Both the position numbers and the translations under genes were made by a program. From Lama glama (taxonomy: Eukaryota): a stretch of 64,000 bases of DNA. A model generated the notes under the pieces. That model saw only the letters and a list, made by a program, of their open reading frames with translations, was not told the origin of the DNA and searched no databases. The stretch covers positions 89,406,001-89,470,000 of the forward strand of contig CM052816.1 of assembly GCA_028534125.1 (NCBI GenBank). The letters run 5' to 3'. The first letter of the stretch is position 1; every line of letters starts with the position of its first letter. Shown here piece by piece: positions 1 to 13,758 of the stretch.

Positions 1-134
1 TTCGACAGATAAATCAAAGAAATGTAAGAAATTATCACTCTCCAGAGATATTTCAGCATGACCTTTTTCTGTATACAAATAGCTCATGTGCCTAATGCCG
101 TCACACACTAAAATTTGTTTTCCTGAATGCACAG

Positions 135-254
135 GTACCTCTGTTCTACAGGTGACAGCTACTGATGCAGATGACCCCACCTATGGAAACAGTGCTCGGG
201 TGGTTTACAGTATCCTCCAGGGACAGCCCTACTTCTCCGTAGATCCTAAAACAG
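135..254 (+). CDS. CDH18: Internal coding exon of a type II classical cadherin (EC2 domain), most likely cadherin-18
   Basis: Acceptor ttttcctgaatgcacAG|(135) and donor |GTtagt(255); 120 bp, phase 1-1. Translates to (G)[39 protein letters not shown](G), with the Ca-binding DxDD motif. From memory of the paralogues, TSVLQV plus FSVDPKT fits CDH18 better than CDH7 (TSVVQV/SVEPKT), CDH12 (AYVLQVK/SIDPKT) or CDH20 (TSVIQV/SVDSKT). Too short and Met-less to appear in the ORF track. Confidence 0.9.
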
Positions 255-1688
255 GTTAGTGCATTTATGGATAATTCGTGTGCAGATGCATGTTACAATG
301 AAAGAAAGCAATGTTTTTATTTCTGTGTACTCTTCTACATTAGACATTGTTATTATAGCACATTTTAAAATGTCCTGACTTTTTCAAAAACAATGTGATT
401 GAATAATTAAATATACATTAACTGTTCTCCTTAATATTTGATTATCCATTATTTATAACCATACCAGTAAGAAGCTTCTTACCTTTGCATATATCTGTAA
501 CATTTAAATAAGTGCTATCAGTTTAAAACAGAGTATTATATAATTCTACAGCCCTCAATTATTGTGTAATGAAAACAAAATTAACTGAGGATACATCCAA
601 AGACATGTAAACTTTTTTTAAAGAAGAATATGAATTCTGCTCTATTTCCTCTATTTTTCTGTGATCAGAAATCATAATCATCATATATTATGAGATGCCA
701 AAATGATCATGAAAGATACTCAATAATGCAGTATAGGATTATTGTATAGCAGCATAATCTAAAATCCACAAAAAGCTCATGGCCTTATAATTTGTTAATA
801 CAAATTTGGCTAAGGCTAAATATAAACCCATTTTTAATGTAGCCAACTATTCAGTAAGAAATGTTTCAAGTTTTACAAATACTTTCAAGGATATCCAAAA
901 CCAGGAGGCTCAGATGAAGTAGAGAGAGATCCAGGATGTTCCAGCAGCTTCCTAGATCCTTGCTGGTCATGTTTCATGCATTCTGAATCCAGTTAACATG
1001 CGAGAACTTCAGGTAAAAGGCACATCAATGTAACTAACACTGAAGAGTCGCGTCTGGTCATAAATATCTCCTTATACTGATAGTTATGTAACATTCGACA
1101 CATTTTTCAGGGAACCCTGAATAGGTCTACAGATTCCAGACTTAGTAACCATTGTCTTAGACAATGAGGTACATCCAACTGACAAGATGCTATGGACAAG
1201 CATTCTCCAGTAGTTAATACCATTAGATTGCTAGGAGGGTTGTCATTATCACATTTACAAGAAGATACCTTCTTTCCTTCACTGGTATGCTCCAGCCCCT
1301 GAGTACACTGGGCAGGAATAGATCTCAGACATACTGCTTAACCCCTTAATTCCCATACCTTATGAAAACAATAAAGAAGGTATATAGAAATAGATATTTA
1401 AATAAAGAATATACATACATATGTATGTGCATTTTTGCATTATAGTTATAGATTAAATTATAATATTTCAGTTAAATAAAAATAAAATTGAGAGATAATA
1501 AAAATAAATAACTCAATGTAACCTAAAATGAGTATGAGACATGCAAGTTCTTGCAGTACCAACATATTACTAAATATGTAGAAATAAAGTGATTATTAAC
1601 CTAGTAATCAAACTTCTGGAGTAAAAATATACATATATGTGTGTATATGTTGTTGTCCTGGCAGGAGACTTTAGAATTAGTTGAAAAT

Positions 1689-1794
1689 ATTTTTATTGAA
1701 ATATATTTGACATATAACACTGTAAATTTAAGGGGTACACCCTGCTGATTTAATGCACTTACATATGGTAATATGATTGCTGTTGTAGTGATAG
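1689..1794 (-). mobile_element. L1 3'-end fragment (L1MA-like, 5'-truncated)
   Basis: T-rich start then ttgaaatatatttgacatataacactgtaaatttaagg-gtacac, similar to the starts of the copies at 8631 and 36558; flanked by gaaaatat/gaaaatct (possible TSD). Confidence 0.65.
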
Positions 1795-3070
1795 AAAATC
1801 TTAAGCCAGCTCATTATTTGATAATAGTGCTGCTCATTTTTTAAATATTTTCCCAATAACCATGTTTGTTTTATTTATGAAAGATGTATATTTCTTACTT
1901 TAAAAATATGCATCTTCCATTACCTTGTTTAGGATTACACACACATTCAAGCACACACATGCACACGTATAAGAATTTACTCAAGTAATTGTCCTTACAG
2001 AGAGCCAAATGTTTATTTATCAATAAATGTTGTATTTACTTGATAGAACATTGCTAGGATATAGACATCTTATATGGATTTTATAACTCTTTACAGACTT
2101 CTGTGACTTGTTAAAAAACAAATACCAATTCTGTGTGTTTGCATATGTCTGAGTATCTGTCTAAATGTTTGCATGTGTTGATGTGAGTCCATGCAGGTGT
2201 GTGTGTGTGTAGGTGTACATATTTACTTTGGACAAATAAAGCAAGCCACTGTGGATAAGATTTGACAAGTCTTGGCCTCTGCTGTACCCTGTGTTTCAGT
2301 GAGGCAAATACATAGACAACACAATATTTAAATAAAAATTGCATTGGTTGTACGTATTTATTGTAGGTTAATTTAATACTTCGGTAAACAAACAAATAAA
2401 ATGTTATCTGAAACCTAGAGCTATTCAAGTACTGCTCTGAGAAAGTACCTTTGCTCCTGCAATTTTTTGCTCCTTTCTTTAAGCAAAATAATTTATTGAA
2501 TGAAATGTAGGCCTCCATGTTGTTATGTTTTAGTTTCAGCATTACTCTGGCTGAAGCATCATGGGAGTCTATGTCCTACTATGAAGATTCTTTAAGTATG
2601 CCCATCTCTCAGACTATTTTCTGTAGAAAGTTCTAAGAGAGATTATAAAACAAAATGCTGAGTATTGTCTTCAAAGCTAAGACTTTCTTGGTAATTTAAG
2701 CTTAAAAGACCTATCATAATGCAGTTAAACATCCTCAGAATGAATGAACTTATTGGAAATTGCACTTTAAATGACTGGAGTGAAAACATACAAACACTGA
2801 AAACTAAAGAATCAGTCACTATACATGGGATGTTATATAAGAAGCATTGGGATACTAGTTACTTTAAATGTACATTTTAATAGCAATACCTTAACTCTGT
2901 CCTCTTGTTTGGCATAACTATATTATACCATTTCCAATTAGTACTTTCAATGACCAATTATGGTGAAACAGGAGTTTTGTGCCAAACTCACTCAGTTATG
3001 AGTGCTTATGTGTAAGGTCAAGACTTTGAATTGTCTTGTTTCCATTATGTTAAAAGTTAAGTTTTGATAC

Positions 3071-3450
3071 TGTCAGCTGAGGGAGGCTGACATGGGGTTC
3101 TAGGAGGTGAGCGGCCCAATGAAAAAATGTACAAGGAGTTGCCATACCGCTGGACAGACTTCAGCGGGAGACACCATGGGGTTAACAACACTTTATTGCC
3201 ACAGGGAGGTGAGCGCCTATGATGCACCTGTCCTGCTTTTATCTGTTCTCTGCCAGCACATGTGTGGTCTGAGTTTCTTTGTTCATCAGGCTTACAGAAT
3301 ATTTCTAGCACATGCGTACTTCTATTTTCTTTGTTCTAAATCTTCTATAATTGACGCATGCGTGGAGCAATTATTTACTGCATACTACAAACATGCTCTG
3401 ATCGTGGCCTTGGGTCCCACGGCTGTAACTCATCTCAAGACCAGCTCACA
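3071..3450 (-). mobile_element. Probable solo LTR, family unassigned
   Basis: GC/CpG-richer 380-bp island starting TG and ending CA, with tttatt (AATAAA on minus) near 3192. Confidence 0.4.
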
Positions 3451-6400
3451 GATGATTTTTCAATGACAAGCTGCCAATGAGGTCTTGCTTTCTGTTATAT
3501 TATCTATATGTGAATTGATGGATCCAGAGAAAAGAATCGTGTAGTTCTTGAGTTACCATACTATACACAATTTATTTAATAAGCTATGTATTGCTTTCTA
3601 CTAGAACTCCATTAATCAATATGACGAACCAAAAATTTTGCAAATAATTTATGTTTGGCATAAGTTTTGTTGAGGTAACTATTCCATGATGCTTGCTTAA
3701 TGCATAAAAACAAAAGAGGAATACCCATTCAAGAGAGATATTTTAACATTAAATACTATTTGAAAGATACAGAAGACCATGAAAAAATAAAGGATATGAT
3801 AATGAAATATAAAAGCTGTGTTATATTTTTGGTCAGATTTATGTAAAAGTTGTAATAATGTAGGCTTAATGACGATAAATTCTACTTAAATATTATTGAT
3901 TTTTAACTCAGCAAGGAAACATTTTTAGAGTTATTAAGTGGGGAAACAATTTTAATGTTCATGAAAACTAACCCTAAGCAAGACATTCTAAGGAAGGTAG
4001 CCAAATAAGAAAGCCATATAAAGTGATCAGAGAACCAAAGTCAAGAGAAATCTGGGCCGATGGTTGTTTATCAACACAACTCAAATCTCAACCCTACTCC
4101 AGTTAATATAATGTCAGCTGCTTTAAAAATAAATCAGTATATTCAAGGCTTCTTTGCTTCTTTGGGAGCTACAGAATTTATGTCAGGTAGTGACAGCAGA
4201 AGCTTCATGATTAGGTTGCTGTAAAAGGACTACTTCCCTTGACTTAGGTCAAAGACAAAAGCAGAAATCTACCATGTCTCTCTCCAGGGTCTTAGAAATG
4301 GAATGGAAGATTCACAAAGGGTAGGTGTGAGGTTTTTATCTGAGAATTCAAATTTCTTAATGGCCATGGTGTTTATAGCCATTTGATGGTTTTCTTTGCT
4401 ACCTATTTTATAGTCAACAATTAATGGATTGCTTCTTGTTCTTTGAGCTGGTACGTATGTGTTAAGTTATTCCTTGCCTATTTTACGTGCAAGTGTGTTG
4501 AATCTTCCTGATGGTCAATTCAGGAAACCTGAAAACCTGGATTAAAACCTGACTTCAGGGGAAATAGGGATATGCGGGCTTATAAAATCCTGTTTAAGGC
4601 TTATTTACAATTGTTTCTAGTGCTAGCAATGATGAATACCAGTTCTTTTCACCAAAATTAACATGAAACACATAAATCAGCAGTAGTCAATGATGGGGTT
4701 CGTGTATCTGTGTAAATGGTACATTAGTCACACATCTAATAAAAACTATTGAGACATTTATGCAGTTTCATATAGGTGAATTCATATTTTAAATTATAAA
4801 TTGATTTTCCTGCAGTCTTCATTCCTATTTAGTTATTAAAATGGATATTTAATTAGAAAATATTGTAGCCAAAAACATTTCTGTTGATAAATTCTACACT
4901 TAATTTTCAAAGATATACAAACAATAAGACTAAACAGGCTATCTTTTAATTATATACCAAGAGCATACAGATTATTTAACACTTCTGACACATTTTAGTA
5001 CTTGAGTGGTTTCTGCAACATAATGTTAAAAAATGGAAGATATTGGGTTTCCAGTCTCTTGTCAGTCAAGCCTTTCTGCACTAATGACATCCATTCCACA
5101 GGAAATAGAATAGTTGACATCAAATGAAATGCACTATACCTCCTGATGTCTATTGGTTCTAACGGCACAAATAATATCACTACTTATTTTTACGAGGAAT
5201 TATTGTAAATATAATAAAGTTTTCATTGGCCTTCCTATGAAAGAAAAATTTGGTCATGTACCAGTGTAGTTAATATAGTAAAGTAATTCGTATTTATTAT
5301 TTTTCCAAAACACCAAGCTTTATTTCAAAATGACTTGGGAATACTTCATGGTCAAACCCCAGAATGTACTTTGTAGCATAGAAAATTGATCAAGCCACTT
5401 AAATTTTATGCACCTGTTTCCTTGTATAAATATTTATAATGATAATACCTATTCTATGAGGAAAGAAATGCAGTGTTCTTAGTCCAGTTCTTGGGAAAAT
5501 GTAGGTACTCAGTCAATTTCTGTCATTTTTGCTCTTTATCCTTTAAGATTGAGAAGAATTTCCAAAATTATGACATAGTGTGCCATAATCAGACTTTGAA
5601 ATAGTCTTATCTAAAATAGAAAAAAAATGATTTTGTGTGAAAGATTTTTTAGTCCAAATAACTACATTTTGAAAAATGAGAGTTCCACTATTAAATTTTA
5701 TGTAAATTTCTTTTCTGAAACTTCAACCAAAGTTGCTTTTGTAAATGTTATTAATGAGAGAAATATACTTTTAGAAAATGTGGAATGATTACTTAAAGGG
5801 AAATAGGTTAGACAAAATAGTGTTATTATCTTTAGAATTGATTGTCCCAACTCAGAATAGTGTCTTTAGAAGAGGCAAAGTGTGAATTAATTGTCTTTAA
5901 TGCATAGGTCTTGACCAACAATAACTTTGATTCCCAAAAATGACCTCTTCTTAACATCTTGTAGTAGAAGTCAATCAGCTATAAAAATGCACTTAGTGGA
6001 AGGCTTAAATGAGTTTCCTAGGATGTAACTGAAAACAAGATTTGTAACACTCTTCAGTCTGCATGATGTAATTAAATATGTCACCAATTTTGGTTTTATT
6101 TAACCTCTTCATATTTATTTCATTTCGAAAATGAGCAAAAAAATTTTTTGTGGAAGAGATCAGTGTGTATGTTTGGATAAAAGACATAAAGCATCTTTAA
6201 AGGTTTTATGGATTTGAATATTAATTTTTCTTAATTCTATATGAAAATCTACTTGAATATAGTTTTCTTTTCCCCAAAGCAATATTTTATATTTACTAAT
6301 AACTAAGAAGTTAAAATATTTAGCTGTGGTCCACAGTATCTGCAGAAGATAGAGTGTTCCACAGTAGAATGTCTTGTCAATTTTTCTCCTTCTGAGCCCA

Positions 6401-6744
6401 TCTTTAATTCATATGATAACAATGATAATAATTGTATGCACAAATAATTATAGACACATTTTCAAATATGTTTTCTATGGTTGACTACATAATATACAAA
6501 AATATTAATTGATAATCTCAATGCTAAAGAATTTGCTTCTCTTAGAGAAAAATGGAATGCACTAATTGAAAACTGTGCCATATTGTCAATTTACTGAAAG
6601 AAATATTGTCATGCTTTGTCTTCTTTAGAAAAGAACTCTAAACAGTTCCTGAACTGCAGCAGAGTGTATGGGGATTAATAATACAAGAAGTCCATTTTCT
6701 ATAGCATTTAAGAAATAATTAATGAACGATGATGGACACAAATA

Positions 6745-7095
6745 GTTGTCCACTCAATATTGGTTTCTCATTTTGCTGATGCTATCAGAACTCTGATTTT
6801 CTCAGTGTAGCAACACAATTCAGTTATAAAGCTATATTTCCCAGCCTCCTTATAGCTTTTGTGACCCAGTTCTGGCCAGTGGTATATAAAGGAAAGACCA
6901 CTGGGGGTTTCTAGGAAAGTTTCGACATCTCTATACAGACTCCAACACTTCGTCCTTTGGTCTTTCAATCTTCCAAATTTAAACACATATGTAATCGTTG
7001 GAAAACTGGTAGCTATGCTGTCTTGTGATCATACAACTACAAGCACACAGAGTGAAAGTTACAAGCCAAAGACTGCTGAGCAAAAGGCTGGCAGT
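6745..7095 (+). mobile_element. MLT1 (ERVL-MaLR) LTR, old subfamily (MLT1H-J-like)
   Basis: Diagnostic tttcccagcctcc...gtgacccagttctggccagt...ctgggggtttctaggaaag motif. Confidence 0.65.
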
Positions 7096-7704
7096 GTAGT
7101 GACCGGTGAGGTTATTTTTATGTACAGACACATTCAATGCTGATAGCTGGATCTTGGTGAAATGTGCTTTGTGTGCCAATAAATCACCTTGACAGCACAA
7201 TGCACTGCCCAGGCAGGTGTAGAGAGGCTCCCTGAGACAGCTTTCACTCCTCTCAGTCCAAAATCCATGATCCACAGATGACACACTGCTCTCTGGACCT
7301 GAGTAGTGATTTCATGGTTCTGCTGCCAATATTAAACTGGAAAGGGAAATTTTTCACTCTGACTTCAACTAAATATCAGAATTTATATTAATGGTTGGTT
7401 GATATTTGTGAGATCAGAGAATGGAACCAAAGGCTATTTTCTCTGATACTCCAATGAGAATGCTTATTTGAAAAAAAAACATTACTATTATCAAGAAGTA
7501 GCAAAGTATTTTGTAGGCACTAGAGAAGTCAGATAGCTCTTCTCCTGGGTAACTAGGATCTATCATGTCCGATTGACATGAACAGAATTAATAATATCTA
7601 TTGAATTTAATTGGGATGCTCGTAATTCTCATGAAACAAAATTATAGATTAGGATTCCTTGTTAGTTACACTATTTGTGCAGCCTTGGATCCATACAATT
7701 AAAT

Positions 7705-7770
7705 CGGCTTGAATTAGACACTTAAATGAAAGCCATGGTATGTAAATTAAACTTAAATAAAGCTGTTAAA
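7705..7770 (+). mobile_element. Old L1 (L1ME/MC-like) extreme 3' end
   Basis: ggtatgtaaattaaacttaaataaagctgttaaa resembles the L1ME terminal gtatgtaaattatacctcaataaagctgtt. Confidence 0.55.
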
Positions 7771-8630
7771 TAGGAAAACAAAGACATAAAGCCAATTGAA
7801 CCTGCTTTTCACAAATATCAACTTTTTGTAACAAAGTTGACCAGCTATTCCTAGGAAGGGAAAACAAATAATCTCATTGACTATAAAATAGTATTGATAG
7901 TAAATGATAGGAGTTGATGTTGGTTAATTATAACATATTTTATACTATATCTTCCTGGTTAAAAAAAACAGATTTATCTTCTTTTGTAACGTAACTCTAC
8001 GTATCCTTCTCAATAGTAAGTGTTGAGGAAAATGCCAAGAGTTGATATGTTGGTATCTCAGATCTCTAGCCATTAGCCTGAGAAATACATTACCTGCATG
8101 ATGATTAATGTTTGAAAATTGAATAGATGGATCATGGGAAGTATTCCAGTTGCCTTGTTTAGTCTTTAAACCTGAATAATCCATCTATGGAATGCAATCA
8201 CAAAGCAATTCCATTTCCCCCATCCCTTTATGCTTTTTCTGAGGCTACTTTCTTCCCCTGTCCCAGGATGAAGTATACTTCAAACCCACTGGTGTCCTTA
8301 GATTTTTCCCTCGTCAAATATCTTAGATATTTAAAATGAAATCTAGACTGCCTTAGGATAATATTGTTTGTATCATCTATCTATCTATCTTCTATTAAAC
8401 TTTCCAGCTACACCAAGCATGCTTTGTGCATTATTTTTCCACTGAGACTTACTTACTCTAGCCTGGCTTGTCCTTCCCTGGCAAACTCCTACAAGTCTGC
8501 TAGGTTCCCAGTACTCTTCAGTGAGAAGTAATCTCGTCGATCTTTTACCTCGTTTTTTTGTAGACCTCGTCAAACGTAGCAAATAGTCCTTTTTTGCCCA
8601 TATGTTATTTCTTTCCTACTCTGAGAGTTC

Positions 8631-8950
8631 CTTTTTTCCTTTTTAATTGAATACATTTGACATGTAACATTGCATAAGTTTAAGGCGTACACCGTGTTAA
8701 AACATTTACTTATTATAATATGGTTGCTGGTGTAGTGATATTTATCACATAATCATAGTACAGGAGTACTGTCTACATTCACTATACTGTGCCTTTGATC
8801 TCTGTGGCTTATTTAATAGTTGCTTCAAGTTTGCACTCTCAAAAACCATCACTCTTATCCTCCCATCCCCACTGTCGCCTGGTGACCAATATTTTATTCT
8901 GTTTTTTACAGGTTTAACTTTTTCAGATTTCACGTATAAGTGACATCATC
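8631..8950 (-). mobile_element. L1 3'-end fragment (L1MA9-like) inserted into an L2 remnant
   Basis: T-tract, ttgaatacatttgacatgtaacattgcataagtttaagg, ccactgtcgcctggtgaccaat, ttcagatttcacgtataagtga. Confidence 0.75.
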
Positions 8951-11900
8951 ACAGCTCCGGTAAGGTGTGAACAGGACCATGTTTTTGTTGGGCTCCAGTC
9001 CGGGTCCCAAATAGCACCTTACACGGGGAAATAGGCTTCTTACTATTTTTATTGAGGGGACACATTATCTAACTCTAAGCGTAAAGCTAAGTTTATGAAA
9101 GTTCTGTAGAAAAAGTGATTTATTTTCACTGGGACTTTCATTTTTTTGTAACTATTATTTTTCTTATACTTTCTAACATGTGCCTCATCTTTAGTCTTCT
9201 ATAAACATCTTTCTTTATTTTTCTATTTTTGTTAGACATGTAACCTTCTAATTTAGGATCTTTCTCAAATGAATGCCAGAAAATTAACATGTAACTGCTG
9301 TTAGAAAATTAAGTATTTGGGGGCATTATCATTAAAAAAAATCACTAATGAGTTGCAAAGTCACAAAGAAAACCAACACATTTTATATATATATACTTAA
9401 AAAATGAATTCCTAGAAAGCAAACTTCTTGAGAATTTCCATAACTCACCTTTGTATTTTCCATAATGGTTAGTACATTATGTGACATATAGAAGACAACA
9501 CTATATTAATAAAAATAAAATATGGTTTGGGGAGGGTGGTTTCCAATGTAACACCAGTTTCTAATATTAACTCTCATTTTATGTTATTACTATGGTTTAC
9601 CATTACTATTTCATTTTTCAAAAAATTTCCTATCTTATTGAATTTAGAGAGGTTGAACATCTGAATCAGAAAATGGTAATTATATTGTGATTGTTAAGAA
9701 TATTTATTTTTCTATTTTTTCCCTTTCTCATTTCTCTTTTTCTTTGGTCTTATGTGCCTAACTCTTCCAAATTTTTGCAATAAACCTGTCTTTTAAAATT
9801 TAAATAAATAGTGCAAGCTCCCAGTGTGGGAAGAAAACTGCTGTTTCCAGTATTCTGAAGCTTCCTGGTTTGAAAAGTAGAAGTAGGGAAGAAGCTTCTC
9901 CTCTGCTTGCCAGGTCCTAAGCCCAATTTTAGCTCCTATTAGTTTGCTGTCTTCAGTCTACTGCTGGAGAACAGAATTGCCAATCCTGTCTTGCACAGAA
10001 CACAGGATTCTGGAGGAACCAGAATTTTTTGAAGGTTGAGGAAGTGTGGGAGTTACTTCCAATCTATGCAAAAAGAAACCAACTTGAAACAGAAAATTAA
10101 ATGTTCCGGATTCCTCATTAATCTGACCCATAGGAAGTTTAACTTGCCATTTTATTTCAAAGGAGTTCCCTCTCCCTTACTCTTTGGGACACTTTTTCTT
10201 GCTTCCATCTTCTCAACACCTTCCAGAATGTTCCACAGAAACTTGATTGTTATGCAGAGAAATAATAGATCTTCTTTGCTTCACTTGTGCTCACCTGACA
10301 CCTACAAGGGGACTTCCCCTTCTCCAAGCAGTGGTACAGTAGGAATGGTTTTCTGATAGAAGTAATTCTTCATCCTTCCCAGAGCTACCTGTGTCCTTCC
10401 TTTGCAGAGATACGTCAGCCTTCTTTCAAAACACACGCGTTTCCCATTTTGTTAAATATTTCCCCAGATATGCATGGCTTAAGCATTTTAATATTTCAAT
10501 GATATTTCTCATCCTTTCTGTATCTCTATTACTGGTTTTATTTCTATTCACAATAATTGACTCATTGCAGTCACTATTTGTTCTCTGTATTTCTTGACCT
10601 TGCTCATTTTCCATCTTCATCTTTTTTTCTCACTGTATTGTTCCACATTAGTCACTCAAATTTCTATGCTTTTTAAAAAAAGATTTTCTAATTTTTCCTC
10701 TGACTCTGATGATAACTAAAGAGTTTCACAGAATGAAAATTGTAAAGAAACTGTTATGCTAGCAACAAGGCCCATGGTCTATTCTTGTGAGAGAAAAATA
10801 AAAGCCCTTCCTACTGGGAATGCTCAGGAACACGAATACATGCACAGTCCTGGGAGTCCATGGGAACGGACTGACAGGCACGCTTTGCCATCGGCAGAAC
10901 CGTGCTCGCAAAAGACCCACAGGAGACTGTCAGTCTTAGTTTGTGAAGCATTCATCCAAAGCAGCAGCAACTTAAGTATTAACAGATGAGGGCTTTGTGG
11001 TCCCAATCCTTCCCTATGCAGAAGTTGCACATGCAAACCTCTGACAACTAAAATAAATGCAAAAAATACATCACACACAGCTTTGAAAAGCCTTCTGCTA
11101 TCTATTTACCTACCTAGAATAGACATTTTATAAGTTATGATATGATTATAAATTCTATAGGTGTATGTGTCAATATCATCCAGTTATGGCCCACCACTGA
11201 CATTTGTTCCACATTCTCAAAGCATTTGTTCATATGTTCATTGTGTGAATAAATATTTATGAGGCCTTATATGTGGCATTTCCTCTGCTTACTGAGCATT
11301 TATGGTTTGCTTATGGTTTTACTGAAACAGCCTCTACACACTCAAAGCGCTCAGTTCCCTCTGATATCATCACTTGAAAACAAATCCAGCAACAGCAGTA
11401 CGCCTGTCAAAATGGCTCATTGTTGTTCACGTCCCCTCAGTCCTGCCAAACACTGGTGAGCTGCTCCCACCAGCTGACTGCTTGACTGACTACTAGCTGG
11501 AGCCAACTGATAGGGCTGGTCTACCCAGAGGAACAGTCTTTGCTTTAAGGCACTTGATAACTATTTGTCAATACAATCAATAATATTAATACCTTCGGCT
11601 TCTCTAAGTTTAATTAAGAGCCAAGAAAGCTGAATGACTCATGGCACCAGATTTGATTTTCAGAATGAATTGCTCTTTCTCCAGTATTTCTCAAGTATAT
11701 AGCTTTTTATTTATAGCTGTCGTTCTCAATCCTTATGTTGCCTCAACATCTTTCAGTATTCGTGTTTGTAACACTTTCTCGTCGGGAAAATCAAAAATGA
11801 AGATTCTCGATGGATGAGAGAAAGTACTGGAGAATAGGGCAGGATAATAGAATACTCAACAATGAAACAATTTATTGAGACATGGAGACTAAAGCTTTTA

Positions 11901-12039
11901 ATTTTTTTTCAATTTCTGTTGTCATCTCTTTCTCAATGAACCATTCCGATACACTATCTGCGGGCTACCTCAATCAAATGATTTCCAGTAACTACATTTA
12001 TGTGAGAAAATGAGCATGGCAAAATGGAAAGAGTTAATG

Positions 12040-12175
12040 GTTTGACTTCAGAAAAGTAATTTATTCTGTCTGAGTCTATATTTCATCATCTGTAGAATGA
12101 GAAAAACGGTAAGTATCTTACATGATGATTTTGGAGATTAGAGATAATACATTTGAGATACCAAGGATAGCTCCT
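12040..12175 (+). mobile_element. MIR SINE fragment
   Basis: Core tctgagtctatatttcatcatctgtagaatgag. Confidence 0.65.
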
Positions 12176-12217
12176 AATGTACATATCCATTTTGACTAAT
12201 ATGGTCATTATTTATGT

Positions 12218-12550
12218 TTATTTTTTATTGAGGTATATAGTCAGTTACAATGTGTCAATTTCTGGTGTCCAGCATAATGTTTTAGTCATATATATATGTA
12301 CATATATTTGTTTTCATATTCTTTTTTATTATAGTTTATTACAAGATAGTGAATATAGTTCCCTGTGCTATACAGCAGAAATTTGTTTTTTATCTATTTT
12401 ATATACAGAAGTTAGTATTTACACATTTCAAACTCCCAATTTGTCCCTTCCCATCCCTTCTCCCCCGGTAGCCATAAGCTTATTTACTATGTCTGTTGAC
12501 TCTGTTTCTGTGGTGTAGATAAGTTCATTCGTGTCTTCTTTTTTCTGCAC
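12218..12550 (-). mobile_element. Young lineage-specific L1 3' end (artiodactyl/camelid type)
   Basis: ttttattgaggtatatagtcagttacaatgtgtcaatttctggtgtccagc...gaatatagttccctgtgctatacag; closely similar to the copy at 44775. Confidence 0.85.
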
Positions 12551-13758
12551 ATATATTTCTATATTGTATATATGACTACACTGCATTATTCTTGAGACCA
12601 AACATGCCTATTTTGCCTTTGTTTATCCATACCTCCTAGCATATAGCACTGCATTAGGGTAAGCGACTAAAACACACCCAGTGCCATTTTGTGTTATGTA
12701 TATTTTACCACCAAAAAAAAAAGGAAGCAAATGTCTGATGCCTTAAATTTAATTTTCTCATCTCCTTAAAACCGTTTCTGTCTCTGATAAGATTTTCCTG
12801 TTGTTTAGATATGTGCCTTTGAATGACATTGGTGTTATTTGCTCCCTGCAAGTACAGCATGGATGTTCTAAGCAAGCAGTTGGAGTTCAGTTTATAACTC
12901 TCATTCAGAGGATAATTTGTGCAGATTCTTATGTACTCAGAAGCTAAATAATTTTGATGGGGCATAGGATAATGACTACTTTAGGCAAATAATTGAATCT
13001 GTCTTTTTCACAAGGTAAAACAGAAGAGGGTTATCTCTGGGGAAAATGTTGTAAGAGTATATTAAGTAATACCTGGAACAAATTGAACATACAAAACACT
13101 TTTGGTCTAAAGACATATCTTTAGAATATGGACGTGTTCCTTGGTGGAAAGACGGAATCTACATACTGTGGTCTGGATACTGGTTTCACTTATTTTTTTT
13201 TTGAAGCATAATTTGGAAGCATTATTTAGCCTGAGTACACGCTGAATTAACCTATTACATAAAGACGCTGATCACTGAAATGATGCTGTATTAGAAACAC
13301 GAAGGCAAGTATTAGCTGGAATATAACTCATTCAATATTTCAAAACAGAGGGAATGCTGGTTAGGGTCTAACTTGTGCTGTGTTTTGCTACTGTTGCCCT
13401 ATAGAGAAGACTCAGTTATGTTTTAGACCTTGTAGAAAAGAGAAACACACTGATGTGAAAGTCCTAAGGAATATTTATGATGAAAACTACCATTATACCT
13501 TATGCTGAGAGCATCCAGTTGATAGTCATGTTCTGCTATTTCACTTTCAAGTCAAATCTTAGTTGATGAGAGTTTCTCTGAAGTCCAAGGGGTCCAGTCA
13601 CCTACCATGGTCTCTTCAAGGTACATAAACATTGAAACACATACACTTAGAGCTCTCCCCCTCTCCCTCTTCCCTCTTTTTCCAAAATTTTCATTTCTAT
13701 GGATTCATTCTTTTATTTTAATTTCACACACAGTTATCTAAAATGATTCAATGATTTT

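Noticed and set aside
2111..2542. 143-aa ORF on minus
   Set aside because: Crosses TG-repeat and AT-rich DNA, no recognisable domain; chance ORF.
3107..3466. 119-aa ORF on plus
   Set aside because: Lies within the LTR-like island; no homology recognised.
12995..13020. Y-tract-AAG|GTAAAA recursive-site-like motif
   Set aside because: Falls in a decayed MIR-like core; short tract, likely chance.
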